Positions 1 through 12,244 of a stretch of DNA of 64,000 nt are shown here, one piece after another. The DNA is from Saccostrea echinata. Its lineage: Eukaryota. The notes under the pieces are model-generated. The model was not told the origin of the DNA, searched no databases, and saw only the letters and a list, made by a program, of their open reading frames with translations. The DNA lies in assembly GCF_033153115.1 (NCBI RefSeq), contig NW_026889763.1, positions 4,526,001-4,590,000 of the forward strand. Reading direction: 5' to 3'. The position numbers and the translations under genes were made by a program. Numbering within the stretch: the first letter of the stretch is position 1; each line of letters starts with the position of its first letter.

Positions 1-582
1 AAGTATTGCGATTAAACGCAAAAGTATTGCGTTTAATCGCAAAAGTATTGCGTTTAATCGCAAAAGTATTGCGTTTAAACGCAAAAATTATTGCGATTAA
101 ACGCAAAATCATTGCGTTTAATCGCAAAAATTATTGCGTTTAATCGCAAAAATATCATTGCGATTAAACGCAAAAATTATTGCGTTTAATCGCAAAAGTA
201 TTGCGTTTAATCGCAAAAGTATTGCGTTTAAACGCAAAAATTATTGCGATTAAACGCAAAATCATTGCGTTTAATCGCAAAAATTATTGCGTTTAAACGC
301 AAAAATATCATTGCGATTAAACGCAAAAATTATTGCGTTTAATCGCAAAAGTATTGCGTTTAAACGCAAAAGATTGCGTTTAATCGCGATTTTTTGCGAT
401 TAAACGCAAAGTGTTTTGCGTTTAAACGCAATATACATTGCGATTAATCGCAATCTTTTGCGTTTAAACGCAATGATTATTGCGATTAAACGCAATGTTT
501 TGCGATTAAACGCAATAATTATTGCGTTTAAACGCAATAAAAAATATTTCTTTTTCTGAATTGGCCTCAACGGGCTTCCGTA
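1..582. repeat. Array of ~21-23 bp palindromic units (TTGCG[T/A]TTAA[A/T]CGCAA plus 4-8 nt linker) ending in a probable DNA-transposon terminus (IS3EU-like, tentative)
   Basis: More than 20 units from 1 to ~540; linker orientation flips near 390. The block ends ...GGCCTCAACGGGCTTCCGTA at 582 (reverse complement TACGGAAGCCC). The left end lies outside the window. Confidence 0.75.
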
Positions 583-1445
583 GTTTCCATATTAACTTGT
601 GTAATTGTTGGTTTTCCTGATTTATTTTTTTATGGATTTAAGAAATCAAATCTAAATCATTTGGAAACGGTCATTGTCACTTTAAGTCATTGCTGCAAAC
701 GTTAATAAATTGGAAACATGGTAAAAAGTTTTTTTTTTTTATTTTATTTTATTTTATTTTATTTTTTTTTTTTTTTTTTTAGATTTTTTGGATGTTGCCC
801 TGGTAATTATGACACATATAGCAACCGATTTTTGCCTAGTATAAGTTTATAGTATCAAATACTTTTATCAAAGTGAGTTTGAGAAATTCTTTGACTATAC
901 GTGCTGCAGTTCCTAAATCAAGTCGGTACATAGAATGGTGTTAGATTAAAAAAAAGCACACACTTAACAAAGGATTCAAACCCCGATAATTTTACAAGCA
1001 CAAGGTCTCTGAAAATGTTAAAAATTTATTTGCATGCCAAACTATGTTTACAGGATTCAAACAATCTGACCACTTAAACCAATATAAATCCACAATTTTA
1101 TATGCATGTACAATGTCAATGTATTCGCTTAGTGTACATCATGATTTTTATTAATGGCAGTATCAACAGAAAGGGTCGTCCATCACATTTTTTTTTCAGA
1201 CCAACGAGCTACAGATCTGCAGCTACAGAAAGTAGATACTTTTGGGTAATAAATTTTCAAAAAAATTCAAAAGTTGCCTCTGATTCCCTCTCTCTCAAAT
1301 AAAATGCCCATGTAATTCCATGTAAAATTTAAGAACAGGGGTGGACACAATAGAGAATCAAAGTTTTATGTTGAAATAAAAATTAAGGAAAATCTTTTAA
1401 AATCTTCTTAGGAACAAACACTTGAAGAACTGTTAGCATTCATGT

Positions 1446-1987
1446 CCAGTTCAATTCGATATTGTCGACATCACAATGTCGACAATGTTGACACGATATC
1501 GTGATTACATCGTCTACATTGTTTTCATTCACTATATTGACATCGTTAACATTGCAATGTTGATGCGACGTCGAGTTTACATCGTCTACATTGTTATAGT
1601 TTTACATTGTATGTGGACATCGCAATATAGACAATGTCCATATGAGTTTACATCGTCCAACGTTGCGATAACGACGATGTTAACGATGTAAACAAGAAAA
1701 AAAGATTGAATGTTGACACGATGTTGACACGATATCGCCCAACATTGCAATGTTGACGATGTAAACAATGTAAACAAGAAAACAGATTGCAACGTTGAAG
1801 CAATATCGACTCGATGTTGTCCATTATTGAAATGTCGACGAAGTGAAAATTGTAAAGAAGAAAAAAGAATGCAATGTTGACACGATGTCGACTCGATATC
1901 GTCTAACATTGCGATATCGAATGATGTGAACAATGTAAATAATAACAAAGAATGCAATGTTGACAAGATGTCTACTCGATGTCGTTT
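1446..1987. repeat. Degenerate fold-back repeat (ATGTTGACACGAT / CAATGTAAAC motifs), probably a non-autonomous DNA element cut by the gap
   Basis: Recurring short motifs; GTTTACATCGTCTACATTGTT on the left is mirrored by GACGATGTAAACAATGTAAAC on the right. Runs into the N gap. Confidence 0.5.
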
Positions 1988-2190
1988 NNNNNNNNNNNNN
2001 NNNNNNNNNNNNNNNNNNNNNNNNNNNNNNNNNNNNNNNNNNNNNNNNNNNNNNNNNNNNNNNNNNNNNNNNNNNNNNNNNNNNNNNNNNNNNNNNNNNN
2101 NNNNNNNNNNNNNNNNNNNNNNNNNNNNNNNNNNNNNNNNNNNNNNNNNNNNNNNNNNNNNNNNNNNNNNNNNNNNNNNNNNNNNNNNNN
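1988..2190. other. Assembly gap (N run)
   Basis: 203 consecutive N. Confidence 0.99.
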
Positions 2191-2195
2191 ACATT

Positions 2196-3677
2196 TTACA
2201 CTATGTACTTAAATACAATAACAAGTCCTTCGCTGTACCCTACCCACAGAGTAGACTTGTACTGGGAAAGTGATAATGGATGGCTAACTTCATTCTCTGT
2301 CAGTAAGAACCTCAAGAACTCCCCGTCAGGACTTTACATATGAATCTGGTTGTTGTCAAGGTCTGTAACAAGGATGTTACAGAAGGAGTCACACACAACA
2401 TCAGTCGGTCCAAAGTCCTCTGTGAGGTTCTGTCCATAGTAAACAGACTTCATATGACCAGATAGAGAAATAATCACTAGATCACCTGTAGTGTCACTTG
2501 TTTTGTTCACAACACAGATATCACGGTTACTGTTCTGTGTGACTCTGACTGGATACGTAAACAGTCTTGTCTGACCATCCTCCTGGTAACTATACTCATG
2601 CATGACATCACCTGTCACTGTGATGTGCCTCACCAGACGTCTGCTGTGTGACTCTAATATGTATGTATTAGTCACATAGTCTGTCAAGGTGACAAGTATT
2701 CCACCGTCTATTGACTGACAGATTCCTCCTGGTACCAGTGGATCTGTACTGACGACTGTAGAGACAGATCCTGATTGTGACAGACAGCTAATGAAATAGT
2801 TTGTAAAGTCTGTGAAATAAACATCACCAGTATCAGTCACACACATGTCATTAGGTTTGATATTATATTTATGTTTTATATCACCTTCTTTGTTCACTAG
2901 TTTAGTGTAAGGTGACTCAAATTGTTGTATGTAGCACTGATCTTCACACACTGCCCTCAATAAAACCATTCGTCTATCTCCATATTTAAACGAGCTTGTT
3001 TCAGTTAAACTGATACTATTTAAATCTAGACTCTTTCCAGTAATATGCTTCAGTACCTCATTACTGATTTCCCCTTTATAGTATCTCACTGAATATTTAA
3101 AGTTGTTAATATCAACACCCAGGGCAGACAGCAGTTGTGTCATTTCTCTTAGGTTGTCAATATAGTGATTATCTGAAATTTCAATTTTTCTGGCCTCCAT
3201 GAACTTAACTGTCTCTGCAATTTCTTTCTTCTTTTTGTTCAACTCAGATTTCACACCATTCAACTTCTTATGTTTTTCGTCCAGATGATCTCTCAATATT
3301 CGTTCATAAAATTTTCGGACGTCTGACAACCTGCTTGTTATCTCATCGTAATGCTCCTGTAGCTTTTTAATCTCATAGTCAAACAGTTTTTTATTTTCCG
3401 TGATTTGTTTTGAAATCGTCTCTATCTTCTCATCAATCCCACGGATTTCCTCTTCCTTGAATTTCCGTAGACAATTAAGCAGATCTCTCCTCATTTTGCT
3501 GACTGCCGTGGGAATAGTGCTCCATTCATGATCTCTATGATATCTTTTGGCACAATTACCATAAATAAATTCATCACAGTCCTCACATATCACATCGACA
3601 GGTAAATTGTGATGATCACACAATTCAATATGCTCTTCAGGAGACCCCGGTGGATAGTTTGGTTTAATGGCTGCCAT
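2196..3677 (-). pseudogene. RING-less TRIM-like gene (B-box/coiled coil/NHL-like propeller), copy 1; premature stop, so a truncated allele or young pseudogene
   Basis: The 447-aa ORF stops at TAA 2334-2336, but the frame continues SPDGEFLRFLLTENEV...LWVGYSEGLVIVFKYIV* to 2196. Total 1482 bp, identical in length to intact copy 4. One B-box Cys is replaced by Tyr (FIYGNC). Confidence 0.85.
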
Positions 3678-4084
3678 ATTTCTTGAATGACTCCTACCTA
3701 TGACCTACATTTAAGTTAAAGGTAAGGTAGCTTTGCAGTGTGAAGTGCATTGGACTTTCTCATGTTTCTAATATCATGTCTCATGCAGTCCAAATAAAAA
3801 CAGGTCACTAAAATCATTGTAAGAGGTAACTTTAAACTAGGTGCATTCATGTGTCACTAAATCAAATTTCGAAAATATCAAGCATTTTATGCATTAGTTC
3901 CGTTGTGTGCATCTTTGCAAGCAAAAGTGGTGAACTCAGTCTCCTTTGCGCTTGTGACGGTACTCGATCTCTCCCTCTCTTTCTCTGTGTGGGAGTGTGT
4001 GAGGGTGTGTGTGTGAGTGTGTGTGTCAGTCTCTATCTCTTCAAGACCTCAGTAAATATTCTTCCAAACAATATCTGCCAATGA

Positions 4085-4280
4085 TCACAGTACATATTGT
4101 CGCCGATGACATAATGTGCCAGTGTGTGACTGTAAAATTTTTCGCCCATTTTGGAGAAGGAAATATTGGCTTGTCTCGGCACATTTTGTATATTGCGACA
4201 GTATGTACAGATTGGCGACAATATGTGCAGTGAAGATAGGTACATTTTGTCGCCGGCGACAAAATGTGAAAACCGATAAC

Positions 4281-4313
<33 letters not shown>

Positions 4314-4670
4314 ATACCTTGTCTTTTTAAAAAATGAATTTATATTAATCATGTTATTTGCAGTTTCCTCCTCTTCACAGTATTCCTCTTACACGCCTAC
4401 CGGTGTGTTTAATTCAGCACAGTGCTTAATTGGAGTTTAAAAATGACAAATAAGGAAAACGTAATGTATTATTTTATATGTTCATTTAAAAAAATAATGA
4501 GCAACAATATGTGCAGCAAGGATAGGCACGTATTGTCGCCACTGCCCAGCGACAATATGTACATGACTAGCTGAGAATATGTATCGATGGACGACAATAT
4601 GTGTGATGAGAATAGGAACACATTATCGTCGGCAACAATACGTACAGGACGACAATATGTGCCATCACGT
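4085..4670. mobile_element. Putative MITE with repeated GACAATATGT motifs and an internal (GA)n tract
   Basis: Inverted ends ACATATTGTCG / CGACAATATGT, many internal copies of the motif, (GA)n at ~4283-4310. Confidence 0.5.
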
Positions 4671-5383
4671 ACAATTGCACTAGATGAAATAGCCTACGAG
4701 ACACGTCTTTGTAATTTACACTCCAATTACATTTAAAAAATTAAAAGAAAAATCCTTAAGCAAATTAAGGATTATTAATTGTAAAAAATTACGTTAAGGA
4801 AAAACGTATGTGGAGTGGCAGGCCCCCTACACCTACCCCCACCTCTCGATGCTTTGTGCCTGGATGATATGTTCACCTGAGTTGAAGAAAGGTACAAGTG
4901 AAATAATTTCCCAGAACCATTTGTATCAATTTGAAATTTCCCGATCTATTTTTGTCCAAAAAAATCCTTCACGTTCAACAAGAAGGTCACGTGATGGAGA
5001 ACATGACAGTATTTTTTATAATAAACAAGTGGCCGGATTACTTTCCTTTTTACAGATTAAAAAATATTTTTGTGTTTTTTGAGGGGCAAATAAAGTCACT
5101 CAGGCTTGTGTTACTGCAGTCATGGCCAAGAGTTCTTGTCATATATTGTGTTGTATCTTTTCCCTTGTATTACTCCACAGAATAACATCATGAGATTGTC
5201 TCATCTCAACCAAGTTAATTTGGTATATATTCAAAATCACTGGGAAAATGTCAAATTTATATCAATACCATGATATATTTTACTAAATTCAAACCATTTT
5301 TAACATGTTTATCATCCACATCAAATCTCTTGATTACCCCCACGTATACTTGATGTTTAATATTCCGAGAAATTAATGAAAAT

Positions 5384-6118
5384 TTTTATGCCCTCACCAT
5401 TAAATGACGAGGGCATATAGTGTCACCCCTTTTTGTTCGTCTTGTCATTCAATCATAGTACGTTTCCTGGCCTTTTTTGCTGAGACTTTAAAAAGTTCAT
5501 AGTTTTCAGGACTCTTAAAAATGTGCTGATTTATGGTGTCTCTTGATCAGATCATAATTGAATTTTGTATTGACCCAAAAACTTACAAAACGTTAATGCC
5601 CTTACACGTAAAATTTCTATAAATTCACTGTTCTGGGGACATTTTTGCAGTGTGTGCAGATAAAGAGCTATTTTTTTGTAAGTTTTTTTTATATAAGGGA
5701 TTAAGTACAAGATTTGTGTTGACTGACCCCTCCCCTTCCTTTTTTGTTTTATAAATGCTACTGTCCATACACTTTGAAAATATCCAACAATTCACTGTTT
5801 TCGAGTGCGTTTTGTGTGTTTGTTTGTTTTATTTTTTGGTTTTGTTTGTTTGTTTTTGCTGTGTTGTCCTTCTATTTTTGATAAAGAGCAGATATTTTGT
5901 TTGTCTCTAGATAACATACAGAAAGAGTATGAGTTCTATTTGATTGACCAGTTTTCTGAAAGCTTCAGTAATTTAATTTCAGAAGACAAAAGCAGCAATA
6001 TTTTATTCTATTTTTGTGTCATTTTCACCCATTTTCATTTTTTAACATTCTTGATCTTTCACATACGTAAAACTTCCATGTCAGCGGGGGCATTTGTATC
6101 ACACTAACACATCTAGTT
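5384..6118 (+). mobile_element. Degenerate Helentron-associated non-autonomous element (HINE)
   Basis: 5' TTTTATGCCCTC...GAGGGCATATAG hairpin; 3' GCGGGGGCAT subterminal repeat, stem-loop and CTAGTT end. A paralogous 3' remnant lies at ~46190-46312. Confidence 0.6.
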
Positions 6119-7389
6119 TTGTAATGTTAAATTCAATTTATCTACTTTGTATCATTGTGGACAAAATATAGAAAAAGAAAATTTACTCAGCAAAAAAGGG
6201 AATGTAGCATACTTAAGAAAACAACTCCATTTTTCTACATTCAGTCATATTCTCAAAGAACTGATATCCACTCCTCCTTCAGTTTGTAAATGTTTCCCTC
6301 ATTTCCTTGGCATACAGAGATACTGAATTACTCTTCTTCTCACATTTTTACTACATAGTAGAAAAAAAGGTAATGGATACATACAGGGTTATTTTTGCCC
6401 TGTGTTATTTTCGCCTTTTCCTACTTGCAAACGATTTTGTCCCGTTATGAATTTCCCAGAAAAGCTATGCTTAAGACATAATGCTATTTACTTTGAAATT
6501 ACCATTTTGAATTGCCTTCTTGCGACGAGGGCAAAAGGGTAAAAGGGTTGAAAATTAAACAGGGAAAAAACTTCTATGCATACAGTACCGCGGTAATTAA
6601 ATGCTATGCTTCCGAAACATTACGAGGTATACAATATCTTAATAATACATACATACAATACCCTTCCTTTTTCCATTAAAACCAAAATGGAAAATGGAAG
6701 GTTCTGACTTTTCATAATGAATTGACATTAAATCATATATATTTTATAAGCATTTTATTCTGCAATATTTTAAATAATTGTGTCACAAACATTTTTCAGC
6801 AATTTCTGGGAACACTATAATTGTGTGCACTGAGTGCAAAGAATCATGAAATAGCATTAAATATGGCTTTAATTTTCTTTCTTACATGAAGATAAACCAA
6901 TAAATAAAAGACGTAGGAGCAGATTCTTGTTCAGATTAAGGTAATTGAAGGAGGGATCTAAATATTTTCTTGTTATAGATTTCAAAACGGATTTTTAAAC
7001 TTAATCTAATAAAAATAGAAAAAAAAAATTCCCCGAAACCACATTTCGTTTAATTTAATCTTCCCCAGAAATGTCCTCGGAATCCTACAATACTGCACAA
7101 CAATTGGAAAATACATGTAGCTGATTGTCATAGTAGGGTGATAAATCTACAAGAAGTTATTAAAAATTACATTCAACTTTTTTAAACAGAACGGTTTTAA
7201 ACAGAAGTTAAAACAATGATAAACATATATAATCATTTGTTCTGCTTTATATATTGTTAGTGACAAATGAGAGCATAATATGAACATTCCATATATCTGA
7301 TTATGCTACAGCTAATGATTTGTCCATGATTTTATGACCGCAATCTCTTATGATTTCATATCAATGACATTCATCATAATTCAAATATA

Positions 7390-8835
7390 TTACACCGTGT
7401 AGTGAAATTCTTTGACATGTCCGTCACTGTATCCACCCCACAATGTAGATTTGTATAGGTATAATCTGAATGGACTGTTCACTTCATTTTCTATCAATAA
7501 AAACTTAAGGAATTTCCAGTAAGAACTCAGTAGATGCATCTGCCGTAACAAGGATGTTACAGAGGGAGTCACATACTACAAGTGGATAAAAGTTCTCTGC
7601 CAGGTTTGGTCCGCGGTAGACAGACTTTATTTAACCAAAAGCAGACAAAATGATAAGTTCACCTGTAGTGTCACTTGTACTGTTCACAACACAACTTTAA
7701 ATGGAGTTGTAAAAAGTCTGGTCTGAACATCCTCCTGGTACTCATATTCATGGATGACATCACCTGTCACTGTGATGTGTCTCACCAGACGTCTGCTGTG
7801 TGACTCTAATTTGTAATCATCTGATTCATTGTCTCTCAGGGTGACCAGTAATCCACCGTACACTGACTGGCAGATTCCTCCAGGTAACAGTGGATCTGTA
7901 CTGATGACTGTAGAGACAGATCCTGACGGTGATAGACAACTGATGGAATTGATATTAAAATCCGTAAAGTAAACATCACCATTATCAGTTACACAGATGT
8001 TATTAGGATTGGATTAATATATATGTTTTTTTTCACCTTCTTTGTTGACTTGTTCAGTGTAAGGTACATTTACTTCTTTTATGTAACACTGATCTTCGCA
8101 CAATGCACTCAACAAAACCATTCCTCTATCTCCATATTTAAACGAGCTTGTTTCAGTCAAAATGATATCATTTAAATCCAGAGTTTTTCCGATTAAGTTC
8201 TCCAACATTTCCTCGGGTATTTTTCCTTTACTGTATTTCATTATATATTCACTGTCTATTATCATATCAACATTAAGACGAGCCAGCAGTTCTGTCAGTT
8301 CTCTGAGGTTGTTGATTAAGCTGTAATCTGACATGGCACTCTTATTGCCCTCCATGAAATTTACTATCTTTGCAATTTCTCTAGTCGTTTTGTTTAATTC
8401 AGATTTCACACCATTCAACTTTTTATTTTTTCCTCTAAATTGTCTCTCAATCTTTGTTCATTACGTTTTCTGATTTCTGACAGCCTAGTTATGATCTCAT
8501 CATAATGCTTTTGTAGCCTTTTAATCTCAGAGTCACACAGCTTTCTATTTTCTTTGATCTGTTTTGACACCTTCTCTATTTTCTCATCAATCCCAGGCAG
8601 ATCCTCTTCTTTAATCGTGGTAAAAAATTTCCGAAGACCTTTCCTCCTTTGACTGGCTGCTGTGGGTATAGTGTTCCAATCATGATCGCTATGACCTTTT
8701 TTTGCACACTTAATTAGCACAAATAAATTCATCACAGTCCTCACATATCACATCAATACGTAAATCGTGGGTTTTACACATTTCAATATGCTCTTGAGGA
8801 GAGCCCAGTGGATATTTTGGTTTACTGACTGCCAT
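7390..8835 (-). pseudogene. RING-less TRIM-like pseudogene, copy 2
   Basis: ATG at 8835 (MAVSKPKYPLGSPQEHIEMCKTH), homologous ORF fragments 8415-8744, 8014-8418 and 7390-7572, several frameshifts and deletions (e.g. TQNSNRDIC missing near 7695). Confidence 0.9.
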
Positions 8836-10986
8836 GCTTGTTGAATGCCTCCTACCTGTGACTTAGATTTTATATAAAGTTAAGGTATAGCTATGAACTC
8901 TGAACGGCATTGGACTTTGAATTGATATCATGATATATGCAATGCTAAATATTGAAAATATCTATTATTTCGTGCATTCGTTCCGTAGTATGCATCATTG
9001 CAAGTCAAAGAGATTTTAGTCCCCTTTGCTCCCAGTAAATTCTTGGCAGATTATTCCACTAAACCTGTGCCTACCAATTTAGACTCTTTGAACCAGTGAG
9101 AAGACAGAATTCATGTTTCATTATGTCATTTATTTTAAAACAACAGTCAAACAATCATCTATAAATGATTTGCTACTCTGTGTTTTTAATTGTACCTTCA
9201 TAAACATAACATACATTACACACTCACATACCTCTTCTCTCCTTCGTTGATAAATCTCTAATTTCTTCCTCTAGATCTTTTACCTCTGCTTTCAGTTACT
9301 ATTGTGTAAATCTCCATTTATTGTTTACGATGGGTACTGAACTATGATATTAAAACTTTAAACTGATTAGCTACACTCAAAATTTAGTATGCTCGGAAGA
9401 TGACACTTACGGGCTTGTAGTATAATGTGGAGTATAGAGGCTCTGAAATGGAGTGTCAGAAAGTGCAATTAATGCAGCCTATTTTGTCATTTGATGCAAA
9501 AGGTGGAGCATCTTGTTGCATTTTAACACTCTCTTGTTAGAGCTGACATCTCAATTGTCAATATTTTTTTTAGAGTGTCACATTATCAAAACAATTAAAA
9601 AAGAATTCTTTGAAGTTGACTGAATGAGTCTATTTTATCTCAAAACTCGAAGAACAAGTCTCAATAAGGCTTACCTGTGGTCCCCGGTAACTCGTCAAAT
9701 TTCGAACATTTATTATAATTTTCAAAAATGAAATTTTACTATTAATTAATGTCTTTATTATTTTAATCATCATCTAAATATGTCAAACAATAGATATAAG
9801 CAGCATACGAAGGTAGGATCCTTTGATTTTCATGAATATCAAAAGAAATCAGTGACAGGTACACACTTCAAAGCTTTCGTAAACCGAGCACAGGTTTGTT
9901 CAGAGTCGAGTTTGAAATACAATGTGTATATTATATGTGTAAAGGTTGAGTGAAAATATCTTTGTTGAACAACATTGTGCTCTATGTTTTCTAATTAAAA
10001 GTACTGTGATTTTGAATCTCTTCGCTGACTTCATTTACATGCGATTAACCTCTTTATGACCTGTTTGGAATTATAACAAGCCACGTGGATTTGTATCGTT
10101 ACGGGTAATTGCCTCCAGTAGACGTGCTACTTCTCAGTTCAACCCTACCAATGTGTTCGGATGATATTCTTTATCGTTGTAGAGTGTAGCATAACATCCG
10201 AGGGTGCGATTTGACCTCTAACGAGACCAGCCTCGAGACTGTACGAGATCTGCACCAGTTCCTGTAAGATTTAGACAGGAACTGGATATGTGGTTTTGGA
10301 TTTATGCGTTTAACGTAAGTATAGCTCATTTTATTTATCTTTAATCACTTTAACATTCTTCTGCACATAAAAATTGATTCATTTAGTCTTTATTTCTCGC
10401 ATTCTATCGCCTCAAACACTTGAAGTGAGAAACGTTAAATCTGATACATTTAGAGTTAACGTCCTTAGTTTATATGCCTCCACGTGGTGGAAGAAGAAAA
10501 ATCTTTTTGAGCTATAAAAATATGTAGGGTTTTTCAATGTTTTTAAAATATTATATTAAAATAATTGATGTTGTTCTTGGTGTTGTGAAATATTTTACCA
10601 CAGTATTGAAAAAGGGAAAACTGATTCAATGTGCAGAAAATGTTATAGTCTGTTTTAATTTTTGCAACAGCTGATACACACAATTATACTTGTAAATACA
10701 ATTTCTCAGTTGATTGCATGTAATATGAATAACAGTGTAAAAAAATGCTTAAATGAATACAAAATGAGTGTTACATAAAAAATGCAAGAAGTGGCCAATG
10801 TAAACATCTCTCTGTCAAGTGATCAGCTGGTGAAAATACAAATAAACACTCTCTCTCTCAAAAATTAAATAAATAAATGAAAAATTATATAGTAATATTT
10901 TAGTTGCTTAGCTAAAGCTTACTCCAGACTATGTCCACTTTTCCACATGATATTCAGCAGAGAGACATCATAATGCAGTGAACGTA

Positions 10987-11446
10987 CATTATAGATTTAT
11001 TGACTCATGATTGTGTTCTCGGGCAAAATGCATTTTGTCGACCCTCAAACCAAACTGTTTGCCTGAGGCCGTTAGGCTGAAGACAGACAGTTTGGTTTGA
11101 GGGTCGATGAAATGCATTGTGCCTGAGAACACAGTCAATAATTATAATGTTTTGTTATACCCTTTATTTCATTTACATACATGTAACTTATTCTAGCTTC
11201 TATGATGTAACTTTCCTTTACCAGCACTGCAGTTTAATTTGATCTATTTCGTCTCTGTCAAACACCAACGAATGCAAATAAGAGTTATCTGACATATCAG
11301 TCGAATATCTAATCGATAGGTCCCATATCTCACTCTGCGGTCAAACATCGATTTTCGACGGACTGCACAGTAAAACATTGGAGATATGTTAGACTTTTTT
11401 TTAGGATGAATTTATATAGTAAATAATTTTAGAGGTATATAACAAA
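10987..11446. mobile_element. Long-hairpin non-autonomous element (Crypton-A/Eulor-like architecture, tentative)
   Basis: Inverted arms 10987-11149, then TTGTTATACC, which is inverted by GGTATATAACAA at ~11434-11445. Confidence 0.55.
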
Positions 11447-12244
11447 AATGTCATAAAGCCTGGTAAACTCAAAACTAGATCATAATGACTCTCATGTATT
11501 AATGAATAAGATTCATATTCTAATTAATTCATGTATTATTTTTATCACATTTATTTCTAAACCTGAAACATTTTGCAGACATTGTGCTTTCAATATAATG
11601 ATTTTCTAGTTTCTTTGTTGAGGGGTGAGTTTTAATATTCTGGAAATTCCATATCCAATCTATATCAAATACCATATTAATTAATTAGCTTTGCACCTAA
11701 ATAATATTTACAATAAATTAGATATTTGCATGTACGGTAACCATGCAGCAGTAGACATTAAATGTGAACAAAGTAATGAAGAGAATATGATTACTTGAAT
11801 GTAAAAGATGTTTCTCACAGCTGTTACAATCCGTATTACATGTATTTCTTATCATTATCTGAGTTTTCATTAAAATAATTGACTTTTACAGGCACAAAGG
11901 CAGGATTTTCCATTAGTAAGAGAGACACTTTTAGCAAGGGAGGGGTCTTGGGACGACTTATATCCACAGAGGGTCAAGGACAGTGTTAGGTTGGGGTAAA
12001 GCCCCCGAAGCTCATGAGAATAAGAAATTCGAGAACCTTATTTTGACACATAAATGACTCCAATTTTACTTTTATTACATCATTTGATATGACAGTGAAA
12101 ACTATATGTATATAACATATCTAAAACACGTTTTTTTGTTTTAGATGGGGCTAGTGCCCCCACCTGAATCTGTGTGCTTGTATGCGTTTTATGATTTTAG
12201 TGATAAATGCAGTTGAATTTCGGTATCTGGAACACTGATATCTT

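Noticed and set aside
1-540. CRISPR-like array of palindromic repeats
   Set aside because: Linkers are only 4-8 nt and repetitive, there are no cas genes, and the context is eukaryotic.
1586-2343. ORFs spanning the N run
   Set aside because: Artefacts of translating the gap.
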